From Setoptus koraiensis (lineage: Eukaryota > Animalia > Arthropoda): a DNA stretch of 64,000 bases. Every line of letters begins with the position of its first letter. The first letter of the stretch is position 1. Location: positions 7,130,001 through 7,194,000 of the forward strand of contig CM106585.1 in assembly GCA_048013815.1 (NCBI GenBank). Direction: 5' to 3'. Below, piece after piece: positions 22,738 to 34,269 of the stretch. A program made the position numbers and the translations under genes. A model generated the notes under the pieces. The model saw only the letters and a program-made list of their open reading frames with translations. It did not search any database and had not been told where the DNA came from.

Positions 22738-23516
22738 CACATATACCATATAATATAATATATTTGGGGGTGGAGACTGGCTCGGTCTTGTTGCCTCACG
22801 CAGGCTGCTCTCCTCCTCTGGCGGCTCTAGCGGACACCACGCCAACGGACACCACGCCAACGGACACCACGCCAACGGCCGCCTCGAACACGGCAACGGG
22901 CAACAGGTTAGAGCAAACAAATCATAGCTGCTGCCGCCTTTGTGCCGTTGCTGTTGTTGCTGTTGCTGCCGTGATTGTTGCCGTGATTGTTGCCGTGGTT
23001 GTTGCCGTTGCTGTTGCCGTCGCTGTTGCCGTTGTTGCTGCTGCCGCTGGTGGGAATTGGCTTGGCTAACACCTCTGCAAACACACCGGCCGAGCGTAGT
23101 TGCCCGACGGCCGACTGTCGTTTTGGCCCTTTGGCTCGGCGCAGCAATCTCAGCCGGCCGGCCAAGTGTTGGCTGTTGAGCGAGACGGCAACTGTAGCAC
23201 TAACTGCAACCGCTAACTAGGAACCTTCTTATCCGAAGCCAGCCCAGTGCCGTGTTCGCAGCAACTACTTTTATTTTTATGTAGATTCCATCGAAGCCGC
23301 GGCTCAAGTATTGACTTAAACACACACACACACACAATTTCGCTGGCTTGTTGCTGCTGTTGTGCCCGGATCAGAGATAAAGAAGGAGAGAGAGAGAGAG
23401 ACGGCCTAGTTTGGCCCGGCGCCACCGCATCCACTCACCGCTATCTAACTTTGCCTGCTCATTACGTTGCTCCTTCGCTAATCATTGTTTTGATTTTGCT
23501 TAATTTTTGTACACAT

Positions 23517-23517
<1 letters not shown>

Positions 23518-23578
<61 letters not shown>

Positions 23579-23586
23579 ACACACAC
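23518..23586. repeat. (CA)n microsatellite
   Basis: Near-perfect CA run of about 34 units. Confidence 0.95.
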
Positions 23587-25217
23587 CGACACAAGTTCAA
23601 CAATTATGTAATATCAGTGCATTATCAATGGCTGAATAGTGGTGATTGTAGCACTTTCAAAGGAAACAACAACAACGACAGCTCATAAAGTGTCACAATC
23701 AAAAGCTCAATGCTCAGGTGAGACGACGACCACCACTACCGACAGGCCGATAACAAAGACGGCGCCATAACAGCCGTTTAGCGTTTGCAAGTCAACGTTT
23801 GCTTGTGAATAGTGTTAGCATCATACGCTCAAGTCAGGCAATATTTTGGGGGCTCGTTTTGCGACAAAAGTTTGGCCACAATCGCAGCGATATCGCACGG
23901 ATAAGAGCGCATAGCAATAGCAACGGCGACACTCGTCACAGCAACAATAGCCATTTACTGCCACTACTATTGCACACTAACTCTACATCACATCGTTTCT
24001 GTTTGACACAGTGGCAAATAGAAAATTACGCAACGACAGCAGCAACATACGACAACGACGACCGCGGTGACGACAACAACAACAGCAGCAACGACAGCAA
24101 CAACAACGACAGCAACAACAACGACAGCAGCAGCAACAGCGACAGCAGCAACAACAGCAGCAACAGCAACAAAATGACCAGATATTTGACAACAGCAATG
24201 CATTAACATAACAACGACAGCGACTCATATTCATACTTGCACAAGTTGAGTTTGTCACACACCGACGACAGGCCGACCAGACGGGCTAGACAGAAACAAG
24301 AGCACGCCAAGACACGACACGACGCAACCACAGCCGCACAACACGCCAGACCATCGCCATCACCTGCAACAATTGCACTTGACATGCAATTTGATGTTTG
24401 TTGTTAATCTGCATAAACAAGCAAACAGCCAACAACAAAATTAAATACAATTCTTTCAGTTTGCATCATCACTCATCTAGTCTCGTCGGTGCATTTGTGT
24501 CACTGGTGGCCAGCACAACAACTCACACAACTCATTGTGACCGGGCGTTAGACTCGGCCAACTGTAACTCCAGCCACAGCTCCAAAATAGCAACGCAACA
24601 TTGCATAATAATAGTCTGTTCGACGACAGCAACAAGTGCCTATAGCCTTTTGTGGGCCAGCAGACAAGCAAGCGAGCGCACATTTTCATCTGTCATCTCT
24701 CATCGGCAAATCATCGGCAAATCATCGGCAAATCATCGGCAAATCATCGGGTCGTCAAGCCAGCGAGTCGTCGAGCCAGCGAGTCTTCAGATCGTCCAAT
24801 GGTCGAGCATCAAATTTTCGCTCAGATCGAAATCCTCAATCCTCAAATTTGTTAGTTTTGTGACAGCAGCCCTCTAATAGCATCAAAGTGAGTCGGCTCG
24901 TCTTCAGCGCAGACATGACAGCCACTGACAGCAGCGCCGGTGCCCATCCGACAGCGGCAAGCGTGCGAAAAGCGTCAATCTCGTGTGAGCCGAGCGATGA
25001 TAAAACTCAACCTAATGTGATATATATTGATAAACTGTCAACTACAAAACCGCTCACATATCAGCATCAATCGAACAGCGGCAAGTCAGTGTGCCGCCGG
25101 CCCGTTCACAACAAAACAAATGCCAATCAATGGGCCAACGATACGATTGATTCAGCGGGCCCCAAAAGCAGCAGATATTGCGCAAGAGCGTCGCTGGTTG
25201 CCCCGGGCTCTGTCAGT

Positions 25218-27110
25218 ATGCAAAACATATACAGAGTTGCGTCTGTAATAATGATAAAATTAATATTGTTGTCATACAATGCAAACAAGCCTGATAGTGT
25301 TGGCGCTCTCGTCAATTGTGATATATTCTCGTCAACGTCTCATTTGCAAAATTTAATGTATCTAGAGCGCCATCTAATAATGTCACTGGGCAAATATGTC
25401 ATAAATATGGAGCACAAATTGTCAAAAATACGCCGTTACATCGACAGCTGGGAAGAGACGGCGGGCCGCAACGAATACGTGGGCACCTACAGCGAAGAGG
25501 AGATTGTGGGCAATCCGTTGCAAGCGTTTCAGCTAGTGAAAAGATTGACCATTGATTGGCGCTCCATAAGCGATCTATTCAAGCACGACCAATGGAACGA
25601 GGTGAAAAAGCTGACTCAGGACTACAAGACCATAATGCCAAGCGACGACGACTTGCATGGGGCCGCGCTGGCCATAGTGCGCCTCCAGGACACCTACAAT
25701 CTGACCAACAGCGAGCTGGCCTCGGGCAAGATTCAGGAGCACTTTACGCGCATTCAGATGTCGGGTGAGTTTGCAACTTTAATTAGTTGTTAATTAGTTA
25801 ATTATTGCTTTTTTTTTGCCCAACTGTCACTGCCTGTCCACTGACTGACTAACTAACCGATCGATTCGTCCCCATTCGCTGAAGCTCGCGACTGCCTCTA
25901 CCTGGCCAAGCACGCCTTCAACAACGCCTACTACGGCCACTCGCTTGACTGGTTCGAGGAGGCCCTCAGCAGGGCCTACAGAGAGGGCAACTCCACGGCC
26001 TCCGTGTCTGAAATCCAGCCCTTCTATCAGATGGCCGCTCAGGTGGTCAATCAGTTCACAAAGGAATACGAGGGCCCCCTGGACACCTATCACATTTACA
26101 TGGAGGCCAGTGGCAGCAAGGAGCACTCGACAAAATTCAGAATGTTGGAAGAGGACAACAAAGACTACAGAAAATATCAGGCCTTGTGCAGGGGCGAAAA
26201 TAGGCGCACTGCGGCCGACGTGGCCAAATTAAAATGTTACCTCACGCACAATAACGATCCGTATTTGTATTTGCAGCCGGTGAGATTAGAGGTGCAAAAC
26301 ATCAGTCCCTATATAGCCATGATACACAATCTCATGACGGAAAACGAAGCCACCACCATAAGGGAGTTGGCCGCGCCAATGGTAAATATTGATTCTTTCA
26401 TACTGATTCGTTTGTTTTGTCCCGATGGCCTGTTGTTTTAAACAGGCTCTCTAACAATTTGAACGTAGGCTCTAATTTCAAACATCTCTCTACTCCAACG
26501 ACCCATGTCGTTGTTTACAATAATATTATGCAAAATTTTGCAAAATGTTCAGCTGACCAGGGCTCGCGTGCAGACCGACAACGGAACCAGCGACATGGTG
26601 TCCAAAACGAGAACCTCACAAACGGCCTGGTTCTCGCCCGACACACATCCTATTGTGACCCAAATGAACAGGCGCATTGAGGCCGCCACCGGACTGTCCG
26701 TGGACATGACCGACAGCCACTGCGAATTGATGCAAGTGGCCAATTACGGAATGGGAGGCCACTATACGCCCCACTACGATTATCTCATTGTTGACAGGCC
26801 CCAAGAGGAGCGCGATCAAGTGGACGAGCGAGAATTGTATGCCGGCGACAGAACGGCCACCGTCATGTTTTATTTGAGCGACGTAGTTCGGGGCGGATCA
26901 ACGGTATTTCCGCGCCTGGGCGTCCAATTGAAACCCGAACTGGGCGCCGCCGCCTTCTGGTTCAATTTGTACAGAAATGGCGAGGGTATCATAGACACGG
27001 TGCATGGCGCCTGTCCCGTGCTCATGGGCGAAAAATGGGTGGCCAACTTTTGGATAAGAGAACGGGGCCAGTTCAGTAAGAGGCCGTGCAGTCTAGATCC
27101 AAAACAGTGA
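25218..27110 (+). CDS. P4HA: Prolyl 4-hydroxylase alpha subunit, 3 exons (25218-25764, 25885-26381, 26553-27110)
   Basis: N-domain GNPLQAFQLVKRLTIDW and GAALAIVRLQDTYNL; TPR segment ARDCLYLAK; catalytic motifs YTPHYDY, RTATVMFYLSDV and HGACPVLMGEKWVAN. GT-AG introns 25765-25884 and 26382-26552 preserve the frame. The start ATG is uncertain. Confidence 0.9.
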
Positions 27111-27380
27111 TCATACCTGTCATGTCTGTCATACATATGACGTATATATGACATATATATGACATATATATGGTCAGTGTTGTTGGTTTCCTCTCCTCGC
27201 CTGCCCTCTCCTCATCGTGACGCAGTCTCCGATTTGAATTCTATGATTATTATTATTATTATTACTATCTTGTCATTATTGTCATTGTGTAAATAGATGA
27301 GTGAATATTTAAAATTAGTTAGTTTGAACAAAACAACAAGCACCGTAGCATTTTATTTCATTTGGGCTCTTGTTAGGCTC

Positions 27381-28022
27381 TCAGATTTTATCGTAGGCCG
27401 TCATTATCAGCAGTGCAGCCACGAGAAAACCCGCCGCTACTGCGAACAGCGTCGTGAGGTCAGCCGAGCCTTTGCCAACTAGCATGATAGACAACGCTAA
27501 TATACAGATAGCCATTATACCTTCCAATATTACGAATGGCAAGCCAGTGGGAAATGCTCGTTTCTTTAGGAATGGTGTCAGTAAAATTGCTATTACATAT
27601 ACGCTAATGAGCATCATTGTTAGCATAATCCAATTTTTACTGGCCTCGTTCGGGTTGTCACTCTGAACAAACAGCACAAGACATCCAATGCTGGCCAGCA
27701 GTTGACACAGTCTAATCAACGGACAACCCAAACAGGTTCTCTCTTCCGATTGATATTCTCTGGGGCTTCTGTCTCGTTGGCCGGCCTCTTTCTGGTTGGT
27801 AATTTCAACAACTCGCGCCTCGGTTGTTTGCCGGATTTGTGGGTTCGTCTGCTTGCTCGAATAGACCACATTGTCATTCTTATTCCTACCACTTGCGCCA
27901 CCCAGGTCGATCACTCTCTTATGTGATGGCTCCGGCTCATCTGAATAGTTCAGATCGAGCTTTGTAAATTTTGTGTTTGGATTCGCCAACTCGATGGATT
28001 CTTTCACTTCAATTTCCTCCAC
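27381..28022 (-). CDS. Four-transmembrane protein, MARVEL/CKLF-like
   Basis: 213 aa ORF with a charged N-terminal half and four hydrophobic segments in the C-terminal half. The family call is based on topology only. Confidence 0.5.
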   Translation of the reverse strand: MEEIEVKESIELANPNTKFTKLDLNYSDEPEPSHKRVIDLGGASGRNKNDNVVYSSKQTNPQIRQTTEARVVEITNQKEAGQRDRSPREYQSEERTCLGCPLIRLCQLLASIGCLVLFVQSDNPNEASKNWIMLTMMLISVYVIAILLTPFLKKRAFPTGLPFVILEGIMAICILALSIMLVGKGSADLTTLFAVAAGFLVAALLIMTAYDKI

Positions 28023-28629
28023 AATTGGCGCGTTAGTGCGTTTGCGGTTGCCTCGATTGTGGCAAGCTCACTCAGTATGGTCAGTCAAATCGTGACTAAA
28101 TAATCGTGGCTTTGCCTCAGTAATCTATAATGCGCTGTATCACGGCTCGCTGGTGTTGGCGTTAATGAGACGGCACAATGATATGATGCAAACGATTTGC
28201 AAGCGCGAATATATCACAGTGCCCGCGTGATGCGACGTCGACGCAAAACGACATAACGCACAGTTGATTAACAACAATGACAAACAAACAAACACTAGTA
28301 ATTAAATAGTAAATAACAAATATTTGGAGAAGGTGTAAATGATTTTTATGTTGTTTTAATTCATCAAAGCATTTACAGGCGTATAGTATTAGATGAGACG
28401 ACATTGTGTAAATATGATGGCGTTATGAGAACTTGCTTGAAGCTAAACTTGTTGTTATTAACCATACATTGTATCTCTATATAGTGTGGATTGTAGTAAA
28501 TCCGAGCCAATAATATGCCGATATAATAGCTTGCTATTGTTGTTGCTGTTGTTGTTGCTGTTAAAGCTGTTAGTTTAAACTTTAAAGTTAAGTGTGTTTG
28601 TTCGCTGTTGTATAAATAAATCATCATCA

Positions 28630-30081
28630 TCATTTAAAAGTGGCCGTGCCCTTGATACAGTCCATGACTCTTGCGGCCAGGTCGTTGTCAACTTTGGCAA
28701 AATGTTTCAGCATTCGTTGCTGAATCCAAGCGTGGGTAAGCCGCAAACTGGCACTAATATTCGCAACCAAGCGAGCCTTTTCGTCGCTCTTAAGCGTCTG
28801 ATTCCAAAAAATAGCCGCCTGGCTATAATTGTCGTCGTCGGACGAATCGTGACGATAAACGTCTCCCTGGAAATATTGTCTGTGCTCCATTCCCTTGATG
28901 TCCTCGTTTATTTTGACCAAGGTGTCCTTGTTCATGCCAGAGTTTGGATAATAATTTGGCATGGAGCCATAATTGTCATTGTAACAATACGGTCCGTCTC
29001 TATATGTGGGCATCATCACTGGACAACGAGGCCTGTTGACGGGTATATCCATAAAGTTGGCCCCCAAACGATGGCGCTGTGTGTCGCTGTACGAAAACAG
29101 GCGACCCTGGAGCAGTTTGTCCGGCGACGGCTCAATGCCCGGCACCAGATTGGCCGGACAAAAGGCCACCTGTTCTATTTCGCAAAAATAATTCTTTGGG
29201 TTGCGATTCAACACAAGCGTGCCCACCTTGATTAGCGGATATTCCTTCTGTGACCAGGTCTTGGTGACATCGAACGGATTGAATGGGCACTCGTTGGCCT
29301 GTTTCATTGTCATCACCTGAAACAAAAATGTCCAACTGGGATAGTTTTGGTCGTCAATGGCCTTCTGTAAGTCTCGCAGCGAATAATCGGGATCCTCGCC
29401 GGCTATCTTGACCGCCAATTGCGGATCCATGTTCTTGATGCCCTGATTGGTTCTAAAATGGAACTTTAAGTAGAACGCTTCGCCGGATGCGTTCACCGTC
29501 TTGAATGTGTGGCTCCCAAAGCCGTGCATGTGTCTGAAGCCGTCGGGAATGCCCCGATCAGAGAACAGAAACAAAATCTGGTGCGTCGATTCGGGCCGCA
29601 ACGAAAAGAAGTCCCAAACGGCATTGGGATCTTTCAGATGAGTCTGGGGATTGCGCTTTTGCGAATGTATCAACGACGGAAATTGCATCGGGTCCCGGAT
29701 GAAAAATATGGGCGTGTTGTTGCCAACGATGTCCAAGTTGCCCTCTTTGGTATAGAATTTCACCGCAAAGCCACGCGGATCCCTAACAGTGTCCGCTGAA
29801 CCAGATTCACCGCCAACTGTGGAAAAGCGAGCGATAACGGGCGTCTTAACACCTAAAGTAGAGAAGACATTGGCCTTGCAATATTTTGTAATATCCAAAG
29901 AGGTCACTTCGAATTCGCCGTAGGCACCGCCACCTTTGGCGTGCACTACCCGTTCTGGGATACGCTCGCGGTCAAAGTGGGCAATCTCGTCTAGATAGGC
30001 CACATCTTGGAGAAGTGTAGGACCTCGGGGGCCTAAAGTTAGCGAGTTGGTCTTGTCACCGACCGGTGCACCTGAGGTCAT
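28630..30081 (-). CDS. Cat: Catalase (monofunctional heme catalase)
   Basis: [15 protein letters not shown] (distal His), [30 protein letters not shown] and [16 protein letters not shown] (proximal Tyr). A short upstream exon may extend the N-terminus. Confidence 0.97.
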   Translation of the reverse strand: MTSGAPVGDKTNSLTLGPRGPTLLQDVAYLDEIAHFDRERIPERVVHAKGGGAYGEFEVTSLDITKYCKANVFSTLGVKTPVIARFSTVGGESGSADTVRDPRGFAVKFYTKEGNLDIVGNNTPIFFIRDPMQFPSLIHSQKRNPQTHLKDPNAVWDFFSLRPESTHQILFLFSDRGIPDGFRHMHGFGSHTFKTVNASGEAFYLKFHFRTNQGIKNMDPQLAVKIAGEDPDYSLRDLQKAIDDQNYPSWTFLFQVMTMKQANECPFNPFDVTKTWSQKEYPLIKVGTLVLNRNPKNYFCEIEQVAFCPANLVPGIEPSPDKLLQGRLFSYSDTQRHRLGANFMDIPVNRPRCPVMMPTYRDGPYCYNDNYGSMPNYYPNSGMNKDTLVKINEDIKGMEHRQYFQGDVYRHDSSDDDNYSQAAIFWNQTLKSDEKARLVANISASLRLTHAWIQQRMLKHFAKVDNDLAARVMDCIKGTATFK

Positions 30082-30547
30082 TGTTGTTGGCGGTGTTCGA
30101 GGTCTCTTGTTATTGACAATGATGATGGCTTGAGCTAGTGCTCTCGTACTAGGTCACTTGATGATATAGATAAATTGATTCGACGATGCTGACTTTGATT
30201 GTAATTGATGGCAATTTAGTTTGATTTGATTAGATTCGATTTGATTGACTACTGATGACACTTTTTATGTAAACTGAATTCTTGCTCTCACGACCAAATG
30301 GAAGTGGACACAAAATCGATTGGCATCTTGCTTTTATACCAGATTTAAGCGATTGTTCAATGACTGTTGCTACTCTTCCATCTAGATTTTAATGATTTTA
30401 CCATGCATCGTTTGAATGTGAACTAATTGTTTAATCTAGATGTGGTTGTTTGGTACATACAAACAACCACAATGCAACTAATTCATAACAAGTAAGCTTA
30501 TAAGGTGCAATATGATTGTTTACCAGCTCTAGTTGACTAAAGGGTGG

Positions 30548-30581
30548 TCTCTCTCTCTCTCTCTCTCTCTCTCCCTCTCTC
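30548..30581. repeat. (CT)n microsatellite
   Basis: CT run upstream of catalase. Confidence 0.85.
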
Positions 30582-31345
30582 AAAGAGCAACAATGTTAAC
30601 ATTGTTTAACTTATTGGGCGTCATTTATAACAAGCCTAGAGTGTAGTTCAAGATATTGACACTCTCCCGGTGAACCATTCTATCACTCTACTGAAATGAG
30701 CACAATCAACCCTATAGTAAATACATCTAACATGCTCATACTAAATGCTTGTAACCTGGCAATGTTGCGCTCAAATGTAATGAGTTTCACATAAACTATA
30801 ATAAGCGATACGATTAAGTTTTAAAACAATTGTATGGCAAATTTGTAAAATCATGCAACACTTACATACCGTTTGGTATGCAACCATTTAAATTAAAATC
30901 TACCATGATCAACAACAACAGCAACCTGTCAAGTATCGCATATGTGTGCCATACATCTACCTCGGCCAGGCAATAACTTGCCAAACCCCCTCCTCATCAC
31001 TATCAGTCTATGGCGGTTCAAGAGTAAACGCTCCGGCTAATACATGTGAATGTATGTTTAGATAGATTATCTATTTGAACTGGAACAACACAACAAACTG
31101 CACCAATTCGAAGAAAAAGAATTGCGTGATGCAAGAATTGACAAAATAGATTTATCCCCTGCATGCCATGTTATACCATGATGCAGAACATGATATAGCG
31201 TGCGAGAAGAGACACAGTATGCTGCTGATGCCAGTTATTAACTTATATTGCCGTTTATGGACCTATTTTATGGATATTTTGTTTTTTAGTTTTTGTAGAT
31301 ACGCATAAACGCACAGACACATTGATTAATAATTTATCTATTTGT

Positions 31346-32218
31346 CTACCAGTCCGATGCTCCACCCCAGTCGCCACTGTGCTTGGGATCTTCAGGCATT
31401 TGTGCTGACCAATCTGATTGAGTCATTTGTGGCACATGTAACGGAACTTCTGCCATTGGTACGGGCTCCATCATGTCCGCTGCTCCGCCCCATCTCTCCT
31501 CGTAGCCGGCCTTCTCGTCTAGTTTTGGTGCCAAGACACCGCCGTCGCGTGCTCCAGTTGTCACAGCGGCCACTTGTTCCTCTTTTTCGGTTTCTTCCGC
31601 GTCTCTAAAGAAGTACAAGTCCACCATAACGTCCCATGGGCGTTCACGTGAGATGGTACCTCTCATTCTCAGTACTTCGCGCGCTAGCATCCACCACATA
31701 AGACCAATGGACAAAACGTTCTTGTTATTACATGGTATAGCTATGTCTACGTGCTTGACTGGCGAATCTGTATTACAGAATGCAATAACTGGTATATTAA
31801 CGTAACTGGACTCGGTGATGGGCTGATGGTCAACGCGTGGATCAGTTATAATCAATAATCTTGGTTCCCTAAAAGCGGCCTGGCTTTGATTGGTGAATGC
31901 TCCTGGAGTGAAACGGCCAGCAATTGAGGTAGCCCCAGTTGCGGCTGAAAATTTTAGCACAGCTCGCTGACCATAGACCCTGGTGGAGACGGCATAAATG
32001 TCGGCCGGGTTCTCGATGGCACAGATAGCTCTAGCTGCCAATAACAATTTCTCCCAGGTCTTCTTCAAATTCATAATGTAAATTCCATCGGCTCTTCTCT
32101 TGTAGGTATATTGTTGCATTTGATAGTCCAAACTCTTAGTTCCGATGTGTGTGCCACAAGCCAAAAACTTGGTGACATCGTCCTGTTTGATCGCCAATAC
32201 AGATGAACCTGCCGACAT
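31346..32218 (-). CDS. RPSA: 40S ribosomal protein SA (uS2)
   Basis: [60 protein letters not shown] and [13 protein letters not shown]. Confidence 0.98.
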   Translation of the reverse strand: MSAGSSVLAIKQDDVTKFLACGTHIGTKSLDYQMQQYTYKRRADGIYIMNLKKTWEKLLLAARAICAIENPADIYAVSTRVYGQRAVLKFSAATGATSIAGRFTPGAFTNQSQAAFREPRLLIITDPRVDHQPITESSYVNIPVIAFCNTDSPVKHVDIAIPCNNKNVLSIGLMWWMLAREVLRMRGTISRERPWDVMVDLYFFRDAEETEKEEQVAAVTTGARDGGVLAPKLDEKAGYEERWGGAADMMEPVPMAEVPLHVPQMTQSDWSAQMPEDPKHSGDWGGASDW

Positions 32219-32446
32219 GGTGATTTTTGCTGTTGATAATTGTTGTTTCTAGCTATATGAAAACAAGAAAAACCTAATTATTAGCTAGTGCCTAATTATT
32301 CTAGTCTTGAGTATAAACTAGTCCGACGATAGTAGCTATTGATAGGAATAATAATTGACCACAATGATGGATGCCGGTGAAATATCCTGTAAATACTAGC
32401 AATAGTGAAAGAAGTGTGCGAGTGTGATCCAATGCGACTGCAGCGA

Positions 32447-32458
32447 GTAAAGAGAGAA
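32447..32458 (-). promoter_or_regulatory. Candidate TCT/polypyrimidine initiator of RPSA
   Basis: Minus strand TTCTCTCTTTAC about 230 bp upstream of the ATG. An acceptor-like TTTTCATATAG sits just before the coding exon. TCT initiators are typical of ribosomal protein genes. Confidence 0.35.
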
Positions 32459-32735
32459 TTTAGCTTCCGCTCTTTTACATGTGCTTAATGTGTGCGACAG
32501 AACCAGCAGCAACACTGTGCCGAATCACCAGAGATGCTCAGGCGCTGAGGCGCGAAAATTCAAAGCTCAAAAATTGCCGATTTTCAATCGATCTTATTCT
32601 ATCGGATACATGAGACGTGACAACACTTTCCTTAGCTAACTATTGACTCGTCAACAAATAAAGTATAATGTCATCAAAATGAAATGTTAACATTTCATTA
32701 TTAGATGTTTATTTCGACATGGCTCAGGACAAGAG

Positions 32736-33611
32736 CTAAAACCCTTTTGAATGCAACCAATCCACGATAGCCCCTAAATGTTTGCCTCTAAATAAGACAC
32801 AACCGTCTGGTTCTTGTACACTGGTCAATATACGCCTCTTTGTTTCAGATATACTCTCGAGATGCAGCCGCAACTCTTCTTCGAACTGCCAAAGATCACC
32901 AGAGATCCGTCTGACAATCGTATGACATTCCTGGGGATCATCGTGTAGCCTGTAATAAACAGGAAGGACATAATTTCTCGTTCTTGCCACAAAATATGGC
33001 AAATCAGGAGGATTCTCTGTCGGTGGTATGTAGCCACAAGCTGTTGGCTCTACGGCTTTATTGTTGCTCCTAAACACCGGTCTTGGCGCGATCCTGATCT
33101 TGGCCAACCTCTCCACATGCGACCACAATTCAGGTGTAGTTATATTTTTGACTTTTGTGAACACACTTTCGGTTCCCTCATCCGCAGCATCGGCATATAT
33201 TGATTTGAATGGCTCCTCTTGAGGATTCACATAGTCCATTATGACATCAGGCTTGAAAAGAGGATCAAAAAAATCTGGTCGCTTCTGGATATCTTCAATC
33301 TCGGACTCATTATACTTTTGATATGGTAGCTTATAGTCCTCCAATGGTGATAGCATCGATCTAGATTTGCGCCTTGGAGGAATTGTTTTCTCTTCCTTAG
33401 GTATCTTCCACTTTAGGGGTGTATCGGTTCGTTGTGCCAATTTCAAGTTATCAAATCTATTGTAAATTGCATAATTCTTCTCAGCATTGTTCCTCTTTCT
33501 GACTGCAAGTCGCAGCGTTCTAACGTTTGTCCGGTAAATCAATGGTGCTTTCGTGGCTTTCAACACCAATTCTGATATAGGAGAAAATGCTGGACAAAAT
33601 ATAGTTGCCAT
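32736..33611 (-). CDS. MRPL49: Mitochondrial ribosomal protein L49 (mL49) with a long N-terminal extension
   Basis: C-terminal domain LPYFVARTRNYVLPVY..TIVRRISGDLW..VLFRGKHLGAIVDWLHSKGF. First ATG is at 33611. Confidence 0.85.
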   Translation of the reverse strand: MATIFCPAFSPISELVLKATKAPLIYRTNVRTLRLAVRKRNNAEKNYAIYNRFDNLKLAQRTDTPLKWKIPKEEKTIPPRRKSRSMLSPLEDYKLPYQKYNESEIEDIQKRPDFFDPLFKPDVIMDYVNPQEEPFKSIYADAADEGTESVFTKVKNITTPELWSHVERLAKIRIAPRPVFRSNNKAVEPTACGYIPPTENPPDLPYFVARTRNYVLPVYYRLHDDPQECHTIVRRISGDLWQFEEELRLHLESISETKRRILTSVQEPDGCVLFRGKHLGAIVDWLHSKGF

Positions 33612-33933
33612 CGTTGTCTGTTTTTCGAAGCGAGTATAAGTGAGTCCAGGCAAAACGAGTTGGCCGAAGAATATAGAATTTTAGGATACAACGTGTGGTG
33701 TAAGTCAGCTCGCTACATGTATTGCGTTGAGTTTGTGACCTGAGCTGACAGAAACACATGTTTTCTGAACATGCTTACTAGTGTTACACTAGTAGTGTAT
33801 TTATTGTTTTGAAGTTTGGTTTTATAACACGCGCTTCAATCTTGTGTTTTCAATATTTTCTAGTGACCAAGACATTACAACTAGCAATTAATTTTATTAA
33901 TAATATCACACACAAATGTGGTTTCTGTAAGTG

Positions 33934-34269
33934 ATGGCCCAAACAAAAGAACTTCAGAAGTTGGCTGAAATAGAAAAGGACTTGGTTGATTCGTTAAACA
34001 TGGCCAGTCAAACTCTGTCAGAGCTCAGCAAAGAAAAACCCAGTGTTAAAAGTGTCGAAAACAGCGCCTTCTCATTCCTAAACAAACTAGAAAAAGTAGA
34101 GATTGATTTGACGCAACAAATAGCATATCTACAACGCGCTTCCACGGGTCAATCACATGAAGGATCCTCTTACGGTTGCCAGAAAGATCTCAAGATGGCA
34201 CAATTCAGATTAGAGCACGCCAAGAGACGGTTGGGAGAACTTGAGGCCATCGCCAATAATACTGGCTAA
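33934..34269 (+). CDS. MED11: Mediator subunit 11
   Basis: LAEIEKDL..ELSKEKP..LTQQIAYL..STGQSHEGSSYGCQKDLKMAQFRLEHAKRRL. ATG is at 33934. Confidence 0.9.
   Translation: MAQTKELQKLAEIEKDLVDSLNMASQTLSELSKEKPSVKSVENSAFSFLNKLEKVEIDLTQQIAYLQRASTGQSHEGSSYGCQKDLKMAQFRLEHAKRRLGELEAIANNTG

Noticed and set aside
20684-23220. Many overlapping 100-270 aa ORFs on both strands
   Set aside because: Arg/Ala/Cys/Pro-rich low-complexity translations typical of GC-rich stop-poor DNA; no domain recognised.
28594-29235. 213-aa ORF antisense to catalase
   Set aside because: Shadow ORF on the opposite strand of a conserved gene.
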